Part shown: one piece after another, positions 1 through 11,850 of the stretch
How positions within the stretch are numbered: the first letter of the stretch is position 1
Layout: each line of letters begins with the position of its first letter
Assembly (NCBI GenBank): GCA_964016885.1
Contig: OZ024743.1
Location: 124,744,001 to 124,808,000 of the forward strand
DNA from: Eledone cirrhosa
Lineage: Eukaryota
Length of the DNA: 64,000 nt
Direction: 5' to 3'
Translations under genes and position numbers: made by a program
Notes under the pieces: model-generated
Seen by the model: only the letters and a program-made list of their open reading frames with translations
The model's database searches: none
What the model was told of the DNA's origin: nothing

Positions 1-487
1 GACCTGAAGTTATAGTAAAAAATACTTGCCAGAGATACCACATAATGGAATTGACACCAGAACCTCAAGATTGTGAAGCAAACTATATATATACGACATG
101 TGTATAAAAAGCTTTGTTTTGTTTTATATATTTTGTCTATTTTCTCTTCACATTTATAATTGTTATATAGCTCTGACTAATTGATTATTTATTTAATTCT
201 CTCAGACATTGAGCAAAACTGGTAAAGGAGGGACACCACACACTCACACATACCTATACATACATATATATGAATATGTCAATGTAGTTGGCGTTAGGAA
301 GGTCATCCAGCCATAGAAAACCACAGCCAGAAACACCCCTATATGAGCGAGACACAGTCACCCGACACAACTTGCCTCTAAATGGGACCCGTTTAACTCA
401 TGTTAGTGTGGAAGATGGATGTTAATCGATGATGATGATGATGTATCTATATATATATATCTGTATCTTATTATTATTTTATTCCAA

Positions 488-686
488 GGGCGGTGGTTTG
501 GCAGTATCGGTAGAGGGTCAGACGCCATGCTTTCCAGCATAGTTACGTCCCTTTACGACCTGAGCTCAAATCCCGCCGAGGTTAACTTTGCCTTTCATCC
601 TTACGGGGTCGATAAAATAAAGTACCAGTAATGAACTGGGTAATTACCCAGTGCATTACAGGTACTTTGTGCCTAAAGTAGAAACA
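488..686 (+). mobile_element. tRNA-derived SINE, full length, with 18-bp TSD
   Basis: Head gggcggtggtttggcag, B-box-like gagctcaaatcc, body shared with 5469-5685, 10303, 24306 and 34253. TSD attattattttattccaa (470-487) / attattattttgttccaa (687-704). Confidence 0.85.
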
Positions 687-2199
687 ATTATTATTTTGTT
701 CCAACTCCCTTAGAGTCAAGTAAATTTAGGCAGGTATTGGCTGCTTCTTCTAGCAATTATATTACTCCCCAAACGTCCAGCCTTTACCAATCTTCTGTGA
801 TAATTCTCCCTCCGAAGAATTTTTCACTTGCAGCGGTCAATTTAGGAATTTGTCCATTCATTGAGGTCTCTTGAAAAGCCAATAACCACATGGCTTTGGT
901 GCACTTTAGTTGCACTCAGCAAAACTGTACAGTCGGGACTTTGAAGAAAAAATTAGGTATATTTTATCTATATTCTCTTCACATTTTTAGTAATTATATA
1001 TATACTCACATAATAATATATATATATATATATAAAGTGGACGTGTAGGCTCCATGGAAAAAAAGCACCCAGCACTCACTGTAAATGAGTGTTAGGAAGG
1101 GCATCCAGCTGTAGAAATCAAGCCAGAATCAGTTCCCATCCCACCCTTGCAAGCAAGCAAGGAAAAGCGGATGTAAAATGATGATGATGATGATGATATT
1201 ATATATATTATATTATGTGAGTAACTTGTAGTTACTAGCAGCAACGCTGATCGAAGCACTCATCAGTAGAAACTATGCAAAAATGGAATATATGAGCCTT
1301 GACATGGTCATCTGAACTCTCTAGTCCTAGAATGTGATAACCCATCCAACTCCATGTTAGCATGGGAAACAGTGATGAGAGGCTGTGTAATGGCTAAACA
1401 AGAAATGAAGAGGAATTAGATGTAGTGTGCAAAAGAGAATATTGCACTGGCATTGCCAAACATGTTATGTTTATGGATGATGTTGGTTGAATTAAAAAGT
1501 GCCAAGAGTTTCAAATGAAAGGAAAATATGGCAAAAGTGTTGAAAATTGATTTCAGAAAGCTGAACCCCACAAAAAAAAATGACAAGGGAGAGAGAAAAG
1601 TGCAAGGACACTGTGTTGAAGAGGAGTCATCTAACCCAGACAGGCATGGAAGATAACAAACAAAAATGATAATGATGATGATAATGGCATTTGTTTTTGT
1701 TTTTTTTATAAATATATATATATATATATATATATTCATTTCAAGAACGTCATTATTCCGTGTGTCATAATTCTCGATTATCATTGGTTCATAGGTTTCA
1801 AACGACTCCGCCCACCTCAACGACGCCAAACTGAAATTAATATGCATAATGCCAATGAGGGAGTGAGAGGGGAGAGTGTGAACGCTGTGTTCAATAACTA
1901 TTAACATGTGTGCGTGTGTATGTACTTGCGCGTATGTTTATGTGTGTGTGCGTGCGTGCAGGTTCCACAGAAAGTAAAAACTATCAACAAGTGTGGGTGT
2001 GTAAGTTTGCGTGCATGTGCGCGTTTCCATGTGTGTATGTGTGTGGCGTTCCACAATCGCCACGCAGTTTATCTGTCTGTGTGCCTGTCTGTCAGTCTAA
2101 CATACACAGAGTTGTGAAGGGACTAAATAGGGACCTTTCTTTACATTGATGGACATCTTTTATATTTATTATTGTGTCATTTTTTGACAATTGCTCGAA

Positions 2200-5100
2200 A
2201 TGAATACTGATAATAAAAGCAATTCGACTTTATCAAACAGTGAACAACACCGGCGACGGCGTGCAGCCAGCAATGAAGAAAAACGGGCCGAACAGCGCCA
2301 TCGGAACGCCGAACTTCAGAGGCGAAGACGTGCCACCATAAATGAAGAGGAGCTGGCTGAACAACGCCAACGAATCACTGGAGCCAAGCACTGACGGAGT
2401 GCTGCGATGGTTGAAGACGAACTGGCTGAGCATCATCAGCAGATGGCCAGAATTCAGCAGCAACGGCATGCTGCAATGGATGAAGAAGAGCTGGCTGAAC
2501 AGCACCAGCGCAATACAGAAGTTCAGAGAATGTGGCGCGAAAGTACTCCTCATTCCAGTAAAGAGGCTAGAAGGTGAACAAATGATATTAAAAATGGATC
2601 ATGGCAACCGTGTCATTTTCAGATTGGTGGACGAGCAGAGTGCCCACATTGTGGAGCATTGCTTTGGAGGCACGAAAAGACGTGGACCACAATGTGCTGT
2701 CATAAAGGAGGCAGTTCAACTAGAACCCTTGCGAATGCCGGATGATGAGGAGTCACCGGAGTTTAAAATACTAAGTGTGTGGGGTGATCAAGGAGACCGA
2801 GGTAGATTACTGCGCAAATATTCGCGGCAAATTAACAATTCATTAGCTTTAGCATCGCAGGGAGTTAGTGAGATGTTTGAGAGTGGAGCATGGCAACCGA
2901 ATGTAGTCATTCAAGGCCGTTTGTATCATTGTATCGGTAATTTAGAAGTTACCCCAGGAGAGAGGCCTCGATTCGCTCAAATTTACGTTAACGATCCAGA
3001 TTATAGTGAATCGGAGGAGGATATCAGGATCGGTTGGATGAAGTTGCCGGGACATATAACTGAACTTGAACGGCAAAGGTTAAGTGATTTGATCCGTGAT
3101 TTGCAATCATGGCTTAGACAGTGTAATCCTTATGTTATGGATTTCATGTTGGTGGCTGAACTGCAAAATGTTCAGCAGCAAACATTGGTGATTAAGGCTG
3201 ACGCAGTGCCAAGGAATCAACACGAACGGCGATATAATGCCCCTGAAGGATTTCGTGAAGTTGCTGTGTTGATGGACGATAAGCCTGGATCAAGAGATAT
3301 CATCCTCAATCGCAGAGATGGTGGTCTCAAGACTATCAATGAGTCAAATAGGGCATAGATCCATTGCATTATGTTCTTTTAGATGATCAGGAGAATCAGC
3401 ATCAACAGGGAGGTGGCAATAGACACAATAATTCGATTCGCAACTTTTACGCGTTCCATTTGAACGAGAGGAATCAACAGGGAAATGCACTATTTCAAGC
3501 CAGCAGATTGTTCTAGGAATACTGTTGTATGGCATTCGCAAAGATCGAAAATCAAAGGCTAAATTATATAGCTACACATCAGCAACATATCAGAGCTGAA
3601 TTGTATAATATACAGGATGCGATAACAGCCGATGATGCCAATTACAAGCAAATTGGTCGACGCATCATTTTTCCATCGTCGTTCATCGGCGGCCCGAGAT
3701 ATATGAACATTCGCTATCAGGATGCAATGGCTATTGTCAGAAAGTTTGGAAAGCCAGATTTGTTTATAACGGTTACATACAATACTGAATGGACTGATAT
3801 TACTTTTGCCAGGACAACAGCCAAAGGACCGTCCTGATATTGTGGCGAGAGTATTCAAAGGATATCTGAAAAAGATAATGGATGATGTGGAAAAAGAGGG
3901 AATCTTTGGAGGTATAGTGGCTTTTACATACGTAATTGAATTCCAAAAAAGAGGATTGCCACATGCACATTTGCTGATCATTTTACATAGAGAATGCAAA
4001 TTGAGATGTGCTGAGGATGTTGACAGCATTGTGTGTGCTGAACTGCCGGAGAATGAGGCACTACGCAACTTGGTGGCAAAGTCAATGGTGCACAACCAAT
4101 GCGGAGGCAAATCGGAAAGCGCCTTGCATGAAAAATGGCCAATGCAGTAAGCACTTTCCGAAATCTTTTGTCACGAACACTTCCTGGAACGATGGGGATG
4201 CTCATCCCTCATACAGAAGACGGTCACGTCGAAAATGTAAACGGTTGACAGGTTACAAATCAATGGGTTGTGCCATACAATCCATATTTGATTATGAAAT
4301 ATCGTTGTCATATTAATGTGGAAATTTGTAGCTCAGTGAAAGCTTGCAAATATCTATTCACAAAGGTCATGATCGGGCAATGATCAATGTCAGGAATGAG
4401 GAAGTGAACCAAGGAGATGAAGTTGGCAGGTTGCAGGATGTTCGCTCGATTGGATCTAGCGAAGCTTGCTGGAGATTGTTCGATTTTCATCTCAATGAAC
4501 GCAAACCCAGCGTTCAGAAACTGATGGTTCACTTAGAGAATAGGCAAATGGTCTGTTTTCAGGACACTAGAAGAGGTGTCGAAAGAATTGCTAACGCACC
4601 AGCTCCTAAGACGGAATTGACTGAGTGGTTCAAACATAATAGGGAACATGCTTTGAACCCGGATCAAAGGCAACTCTACTGCGATTTCCCTTTGCACTAT
4701 ACGTGGGATAAGAAGGGAAAGAAATGGAATGATAGTAAACAAAAGTTGAGATTCAAGACTATTGGACGGGTTTGTAATGTCCATCCAGCATCTGGTGATG
4801 TGTTTTATCTCCGAATTCTGTTGCATAGTGATTTTTCGAGACGTGAACAGAGCTTCGCTGATTTGAAAACAATCAATGGCGTGGAATATGAAACATACCA
4901 GGCTGTGTGTCAGCATCTGGGACTCCTTCAAGATGACGCTGAATGGACGCCATGGAAGCTGCAGGAACAACACAGATGCCAGCTCAAATAAGGCAGTTGT
5001 TTGTCACGATTCTAGGATTCTGCAATCCTGCCGATCCAAGAGAGTTATTTGAATGCCATTGGGGAATTATGGCTGATGATTTGAGGCATCATCTTCAGGT

Positions 5101-6946
5101 GGATGATGAAAATTTGATGAAGGTTATTGTTTTGCTCAATATTGAGCAACTGCTTGAAGTTCATTTCAAATGTTTAACAGATTTTAATTTGCCAATTCCT
5201 GATGAAGAAATGCGGCAACGTGTCTTAGCATTGAACATGAGATTGCAGCTTAGACGGTTGCCACTCGATCGGAGGGAACTATTCCAGTTTGATCCACTAG
5301 AACAGCAAAGTATTGTGGATGAACGTATGCCAATGTTGACCCAATCTCAGAGAGAATTGGTCGATGGCGTTCTCCACTCGATTTCCACTAATGAGCAACT
5401 TTGTGCTTTCATAGATGCTCCAGGAGGCACTGGAAAGACATTCTGTTTCAACATTATGTTATCGGCAGGTGGATTGGCAAAGGGCGGTGGATTGGCAAAG
5501 GGCGGTGGATTGGCAGTATCGGTGGAGGGTCGGACGCCATGCTTTCCAGCACAGTTACGTCCCTTTACGATCTGAGTTCAAATCCCGCCGAGGTTGACTT
5601 TGCCTTTCATCCTTACGGGGGTCGATAAAATAAAGTACCAGTAATGCACTGGGTAATTGCTGGCCGTGTGCCTAACGTAGAAACAATTATGTTATCGGCA
5701 GTCAGAGCTCAGAGGAAGATTGCTCTCCCTGTGGCCACCAGTGGGATCGTTGCCACTTTGCTGAGTGGTGGAAGGACCTTCCACTCATGCTTCAAGGCTC
5801 CATTGGCTCCGGATAAGTTGAGTGTCTGTAACATTACAGGACAAAGTGAACTCGCGGGCCTTATACGCAATACGTCTCTGATTATTTGGGATGAGGTTCC
5901 AATGGCACACAGATATTTGCTGGAGGCATTGGACAGAACTTTGAGAGATATCTGCTGTAGTGACCTGCCATTCGGTGGTAAGACTATCGTTCTTGGTGGC
6001 GATTTCAGACAGGTGCTACCAATTGTTAGGAATGCTCAAAGAACGCAAATTGTCGATGCATGTTTGAAAAAGTCCTCGTTGTGGCGCCATTTCAGAGTTT
6101 TGCGATTACACGATAATATACGACTTCGTATGTTCGGGCAAAACGAAGAGGCTGAGACATACGGCCGATGGTTGATGCAGTTGGGAAACGATGAATTGCC
6201 ACACGTTGGTGATAATCAGACTGTAAGAATCCCAGACCATTTGGTTGTGCCACTGGACCGCCAAGCGTTGATTGACTGGGTGTTCCCTAATTTGAATGCT
6301 TTTTGGCAGAATATCTCCTGGATATCGGAACGCATTATTCTAACTCATACGAATGCAACGGTCGATGAAATAAATTCAGAAGTAGCCAGAATGTTTCCTG
6401 GAGAGGAATGGTTGACCGTCAGTGCGGGTGCAATGGAGCCTAATCAGCAGAACAATATGGATGTTCCGACTGAGTATCTGAATTCACTTCAAATACCAGG
6501 ATTTCCTCCCACATATTTTGAGGTTGAAAAAGGGTATGCCGATTATATTGCTTAGAAATATCAATCATAAAATGGGTCTTTGCAATGGTACCAGATTGAT
6601 TGTTGAGAGATTGATTAACGGAAGAGTTTTAGAAGCTAAACTCCCAGGCAGAGAGGAATTGGTTCTCATTCCGAGGATCATGCTGAGACCAAGTGAAGAT
6701 CTGCTGCCACTCATTTGGCAAAGGAGACAGTTTCCCGTCAATTTGGCCTTCTCCATGACTGTCAACAAGGCACAGGGACAGACTTTCAAGCGAGTCGGTG
6801 TCTACTTGAATGATCCAGCATTCAGCCATGGGCAACTGTATGTTGCTGCATCTCGAGTGTGCGATCCTGATGGTATAAAATTTGCAATTGATACCACTAA
6901 CAGAGGAACAACCCTGAATATTGTCTATAATGAAGCTTTCAGCTGA
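2200..6946 (+). pseudogene. Helitron RepHel transposase (HUH Rep + PIF1/SF1 helicase) with stops, frameshifts and a SINE insertion
   Basis: N-terminal 23-aa E/R repeats; Zn finger CPHCGALLWRHE...MCCHKG (2641-2710); Rep motifs GKPDLFITVT, YVIEFQKRGLPHAHLLI and KYLF/HKGHD (second Tyr lost); helicase motifs DAPGGTGKTF, IIWDEVPM, LGGDFRQVLP, LCNGTRL, AFSMTVNKAQGQT, FSHGQLYVAASRV. Confidence 0.95.
5469..5685 (+). mobile_element. tRNA-derived SINE inserted in the Helitron helicase
   Basis: Perfect 16-bp TSD attatgttatcggcag at 5453-5468 and 5686-5701; B-box gagttcaaatcc; same family as 488-686. Confidence 0.95.
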
Positions 6947-6977
6947 TGTATGCATATCTTTAATGCTATCAATAAGC

Positions 6978-7312
6978 GACGTAAATGATTCGTACATTGG
7001 TGTCCTTTGGTCAGTATTGTGAGCTTTGACAGAGTTATCATTTATGTTCAATGTCATTTAATGTCATTATGAGCAATAAAAACAAACAAGTATTGGTAAA
7101 AATTGCTTTCACTGCTATGTTGCGCAATAAATACCAACAAGTATTGGCAGAAATTGCCTTCACTGCTATGAATATTCGACGTAAATGATTCAGACATTGG
7201 TGTCCTTTGATCAGTATTGTGAGCTTTGACAGAGTTATCATTTCTATTCAATGTCATTTATTGTCGATAATGAGCAATACAAACCAACAAGTATTGGTAG
7301 AAATTGCCTTCA
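6978..7312 (+). repeat. ~200-bp tandem duplication with ~50-bp sub-repeats in the Helitron 3' region
   Basis: gacgtaaatgattc..acattggtgtccttt..tcagtattgtgagctttgacagagttatcattt at 6978 and 7178; aacaagtattgg.a.aaattgc.ttca three times. Confidence 0.85.
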
Positions 7313-7699
7313 AATTTATCGCTTCTGATAGCGGTGGTAATAAAACCTCATCATATGCTGAGTCTGGCAAAAAGTTTGGTGCCTATGGCCGGCCAGGGCT
7401 AGAGTAATATTGAAAAACGATTCTATTTTCGAAGTAGAAGGATCCGCCATTTGGAGTTCAAACCAAGCCACCTCCCCGAGTTGAATTCTGAGCAATATTG
7501 TCTGTCTATTACTCAGTGGCTAAGAGCCTGGAAATTACTGAATAAATGTTTGTGTCATATAATTTGTTGTTTTATTATTATAGCTGACCACTTATAGATA
7601 AGCATGTTATCCATATCCATATTAATTTGGCATTTGTATAAACCATTTCAAGTAAATAGGGACCTTTTTTACATTGACGGACATCTTTTATATTAATTA

Positions 7700-8045
7700 T
7701 CTATATCTATATCTACATATAATATAAAAGATTGGAACTTCCATCATCCTTTTGAGAAACGTGGAACAACTACGTCTATGCAATGATACGCGTTTTACAG
7801 TCAGGCAGAAGATGAACCATCTCCTAGAAGTGGGAGCACCTAGAATTGTTCATATATTATGCACAAATGGTACAATGAAGAATCTGGTATATCTGGAAGA
7901 TTTTTTTTACTGTTTTTGGTATCACACAGACACCACGGACTCGCCTCATACTTTAACCAGACAAACATCCAATACAGTCATTTTCTCTTTTACCTTTCTT
8001 CTCTTATCATCTGTTTACCCGGGTGAAGCTGGGTACGTCAGCTAG
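7700..8045 (+). mobile_element. Non-autonomous Helitron (internal deletion derivative of a different family)
   Basis: A|TCTATATC...ATATAAAAG start; helicase remnants PIILLRNVEQLRLCNDTRF and TMKNLVYLE; subterminal hairpin tacccgg-gtgaag-ctgggta (8016-8035); CTAG|T end (8042-8046). Confidence 0.85.
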
Positions 8046-9169
8046 TTAGTATATATAATTTAGAAAAATATATAATATAGCATATGTACAATAGATTTTT
8101 TTTTGTTTACTTTTCTTTCTAAAATCATTAACTGTCACCTTATATCTCTTTATAATAGGTTATGTGAATAATGCATGGCACATTACATTTGTAGATATAC
8201 ATCTTGATTAGAAAAAATAAGTAAACAATGTGTGAAATACATAATCAGTTATGCAATGTATGGCTCATTACATCTGTATAACAAATAATATGAACAATGT
8301 ACAATAAATAGTACTGGTATGTGAATATTTCATTTTACACTGAAAGTAATAATATTCTATAATCAATATGGTGAACTCACTCAGCAGAAAGTAGGCATCT
8401 TACTGAGTCTACTACTACTACTTCTTCTTCATAACCATCATCAACAATACCAAAACTGTCAATACATTTTTTAAAACTCAGCTCATTTGCCAGCAATTTC
8501 TATCATACACTTCTGTTTTAATTTCAATTATCTCATACACGCACACACACTTTATCAACAAAGCTTTGTTTCTCAATCAGTGAGGCCCCATATCACACCA
8601 ACTGTCTAGACTCCTAGCATATTGCATTTCCTTTTTTACTTTACCAATGCCACTTTTTTTCAGAAAAAAAAAAGGTTTTCTAAATATAACTTCATTGCAA
8701 TAAACCAAGATTAACTCTGAACAACAAAAGACACTTTCAATTATCCAGAATGCTGGATCATGTCAACTTTGTTAATGATGTTTGATGTGAGCACTCCAGC
8801 TTAAGTTATCAACACATACACAGAGGTCTCTAGTTTTATTAGATGCTATGTGGATTTCTCCCGGGAGGACTGTTCAGCTGAGTCAAAGACATGATAGCCT
8901 CTCCAGTGTTGGTGCCACAATAAAAATACCCATGGTAGAGAACAAGAAAGTATGTAAGAAAGATGTAGCTCCCTGGCACATCTGTGAGGTAGGTAGCTCA
9001 ATATGAGTGATGACTTGGTCTGTGAAGACCCATCCAAATAGGGACGACAGACGTTAATTTATGATGATGATATGTATGTCATCAAAATCATCATTGGACG
9101 TTAAATGACAATGAAGATGGTGATAATCACACATACATAAACATACTTACATATACACACATATTCTCT

Positions 9170-9690
9170 TGTCTTGGAAGATATCTTCATAGCATCAAAG
9201 AAAACTACAGACTTTAGTGTAACTGTCAATAACAACCTCAACTGGAGCATCCACATCAACAACAAAGTTCATATAGTACACAGGACTTGTTCTTAGATCC
9301 CTAGAACTTTCTTGTTTATGTCCCCTGATACCATTATGATTCTGACCTTTACTTTTGCTTGGTCCCACCTTGAATCTTGTTGCTCACTGTGGTCTTCCCA
9401 GATAAAACAATTTTGAAGACCCTCACCCCCCACCCACCCAGGTTAATTACAAAAAAAAAATCAAATAAATAGCATGACAAGCCTTGATTAGTAGGATAGG
9501 CTCAAATGCTACATCATTTGTATGTTATGGAAAATATTCCATCAAGATTGTCCAAATGATGCTGGTAACAACTTTAAAAATCAGCCAAAACTTTGTTTCC
9601 ATGGCAACAGTCCTCTACAAAAAGCAAGTTCAAAACACATAACATTACAACAAAACTATTTCACCTATATTAGCCCAACTCTCTTGGATA
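9170..9690 (+). mobile_element. Old degenerate CR1-clade LINE 3' fragment
   Basis: Translates to VTVNNNLNWSIHINNKV and MLWKIFHQDCPNDAG...QNYFTYISP, which align with the C-terminus of the RT ORF at 60391-61902. Confidence 0.8.
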
Positions 9691-10302
9691 TATTGTTTAC
9701 ACAAGACATAAACAAACATTATCACTTGTTTTAAACAGTGCCAATATAAAGACACATGCAGAAATTGATGCAAACACATACACATATACAACAGGCTTTT
9801 TTTTAATTTTCCATCTACAAAATTTACTCACAAAATATTGGTCAGCTTGAAGCTATAGTAGAAGAGATACTTGCCCTAGGTGCCACACAGTTGGATGAAA
9901 CTGAAAGCCATATGATTGTGAAACAAACTTATTAACCACACGGTCATACTTGTGCTTCCCCACAACCATATGTTTATGAATATTTGGTTAAGTTGGTACT
10001 ACGGAAGGCAAAGATGTTATACTATATGAATCGTTTATAGTCGCATGTATTCATAAATAATGAGGTTCTAATGTTGGTAGAAGGCCAACAGTTTTGGAGG
10101 AAAGGAAAGTCGATTATATCAACCTAGTACTTGACTGATACTTTTTTTTTTATTGTCCTCAGAAGGATGAAAACAAAGTTAACCTCATTGAGATTTGAAC
10201 TGGGAATGTAATTAACAGAATACTGCTAAGCATTTGCCTGATGCTCTAAAAACTGCCAAACCAATGGCCTTTGTGTCTGTAAATAATGACTATTAATAAC
10301 AT

Positions 10303-10413
10303 AAATCCCGCCGAGGTTAACTTTGCCTTTCATCCTTACGGAGTCGATAAAATAAAGTACCTGTAATGCATTGGTATAATTGCTGGCCTTGTGTAAAAAA
10401 AAAAATAGAAACA
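10303..10413 (+). mobile_element. 5'-truncated tRNA-derived SINE
   Basis: aaatcccgccgaggttaactttgcctttcatccttacgg...agaaacaatt matches 488-686. Confidence 0.85.
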
Positions 10414-10417
10414 ATTA

Positions 10418-10448
<31 letters not shown>

Positions 10449-11574
10449 GTGCGTGCGTGCGTGCGTGTGTGTGTGGCATAATTAAAACTGATCATATCAT
10501 ATCCCAGATTAAAAAGTTTGCTAGCTTTTTTCTTTTGATCTTCTAATTTCCATATTCTTTTTATTGTTTAAGAAATGAGAAATGAAATTAGAGCTCAAGC
10601 TTATTCAGGTTTTGCTTGGCCTCAACTTTGCCTTTCAGAATCAATAGATAAAGTACCAGTCCAGTACTGAGGTCAATTATTCTTATTTCTCATTTTCTAT
10701 CTGGGAAAATATCAGCTGTTGAAGGAAGGTCGCCATCAGGTTTAAAATACCTAAAACATACTAGGTGTTGGCACCCCTACAACTCATTCTCTTCAAGTTA
10801 ACAAGGGAGTCTCCACATGGTAGCTCTATCTGCTAGAAATAGCAGCCAAATATCCCTTAAATCAAACTCTATTGTCTTAAAAAAAGGATACACTAGAAAT
10901 GACAATGTATTGCCAGACCCAAGCAACAGATTATGTCTACAGCACAAGAACAGAAATCATCTCTTCAACAACTTTCCACACAGTTTCTGTTAAAGAAATT
11001 TCCCTCATAAGGCTTTGGTCAACCCAAGACTTTGATAGAAGACACTTGACCACAGTACAGCATAATGGGATTGAACCTAAAGCCATATAGTTGCTAAGAA
11101 AACTTCTTACTCACACCATCAATTCCTGCTGAGGTCAAATTTACCTATCAACTGATAATAAAATACCCCTTCTGAGGAGTAGGTTGGCAGCATCAATAGT
11201 GTTGGACAGGATGCCTTGCATCCAGCTATGGCCTACTTAGGTTATAGACATCATCCATCACCTGGTTTAATACAACTACTTGTTGCAAACATTTAGGTCA
11301 GGTCTTCAATCTGAGTATACTTTCCTTTCTCCCTCCCACCAGTCATGGAAGCCTTGAAAATAGTGTGGATGACTAAGATAAAGGATACTTGATAAGCAGC
11401 CACAAACTTAGCAGTATATATTCTGTCACCACTTTGGTGTAACATCCATGATCAAAATGTTTAAATCTTAATAGTGCAGTCTGTCTAGCTCAGAGTAGGT
11501 ACGATATGGAGCAAGGGGAGGGGGGTTGTTCTTGTTGTTTAGCTCCAAGTTAACACTGGGGCCAATGAGATTGA

Positions 11575-11850
11575 TACCATTCATATTCTGCTTAAACTGT
11601 TACAAGTCAATGCCTGTAGGAGAGACATGAGTAGAGAGAATTCCAGAGGGTCAACATTGTGGACAGGAACAAGAGGGTATGGTGGTTGGTGCAAAGCATG
11701 AAGTGTTGCACACAGCATGGGTGAAGAGAGTAGGGGAAGATGAATTAGTTGGGAGTGTCTAAGCGGAAAAAGCTTAAGACTAGTCAGCTCTGAGAAGCAG
11801 AGACCATTTAGGTTGAACGACAATGTAAAGGTTCTTTAACCATCAACAAG
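11575..11850 (-). mobile_element. Degenerate CR1/L2-group LINE 3' end
   Basis: Minus strand reads NGLCFSEL...TNHHT...TLWNSL..HV...IDL*QFKQN, a typical LINE ORF2 C-terminus. Related to 13800-14548. Confidence 0.6.

Larger units (their letters stand above)
1736..7699 (+). mobile_element. Helitron rolling-circle transposon, autonomous type, decayed; termini uncertain
   Basis: Contains a collinear Rep+helicase coding region, starts just after a (TA)n run, is CpG-richer than the flanks and has subterminal tandem repeats. No clean A/TC 5' end seen. Confidence 0.8.

Noticed and set aside
488-580. tRNA gene suggested by A/B-box motifs
   Set aside because: No cloverleaf; it is the head of a multi-copy SINE with TSDs.
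1255-1275. CTGATGAG on the minus strand (also at ~22490 and ~39400)
   Set aside because: No GAAA, stem III or stem I partner at a suitable distance.
2342-2710. N-terminal part of the 338-aa ORF as the real Helitron frame
   Set aside because: The repeats and zinc finger are in the 2200 frame; the listed ORF only becomes homologous after a frameshift near 2710.
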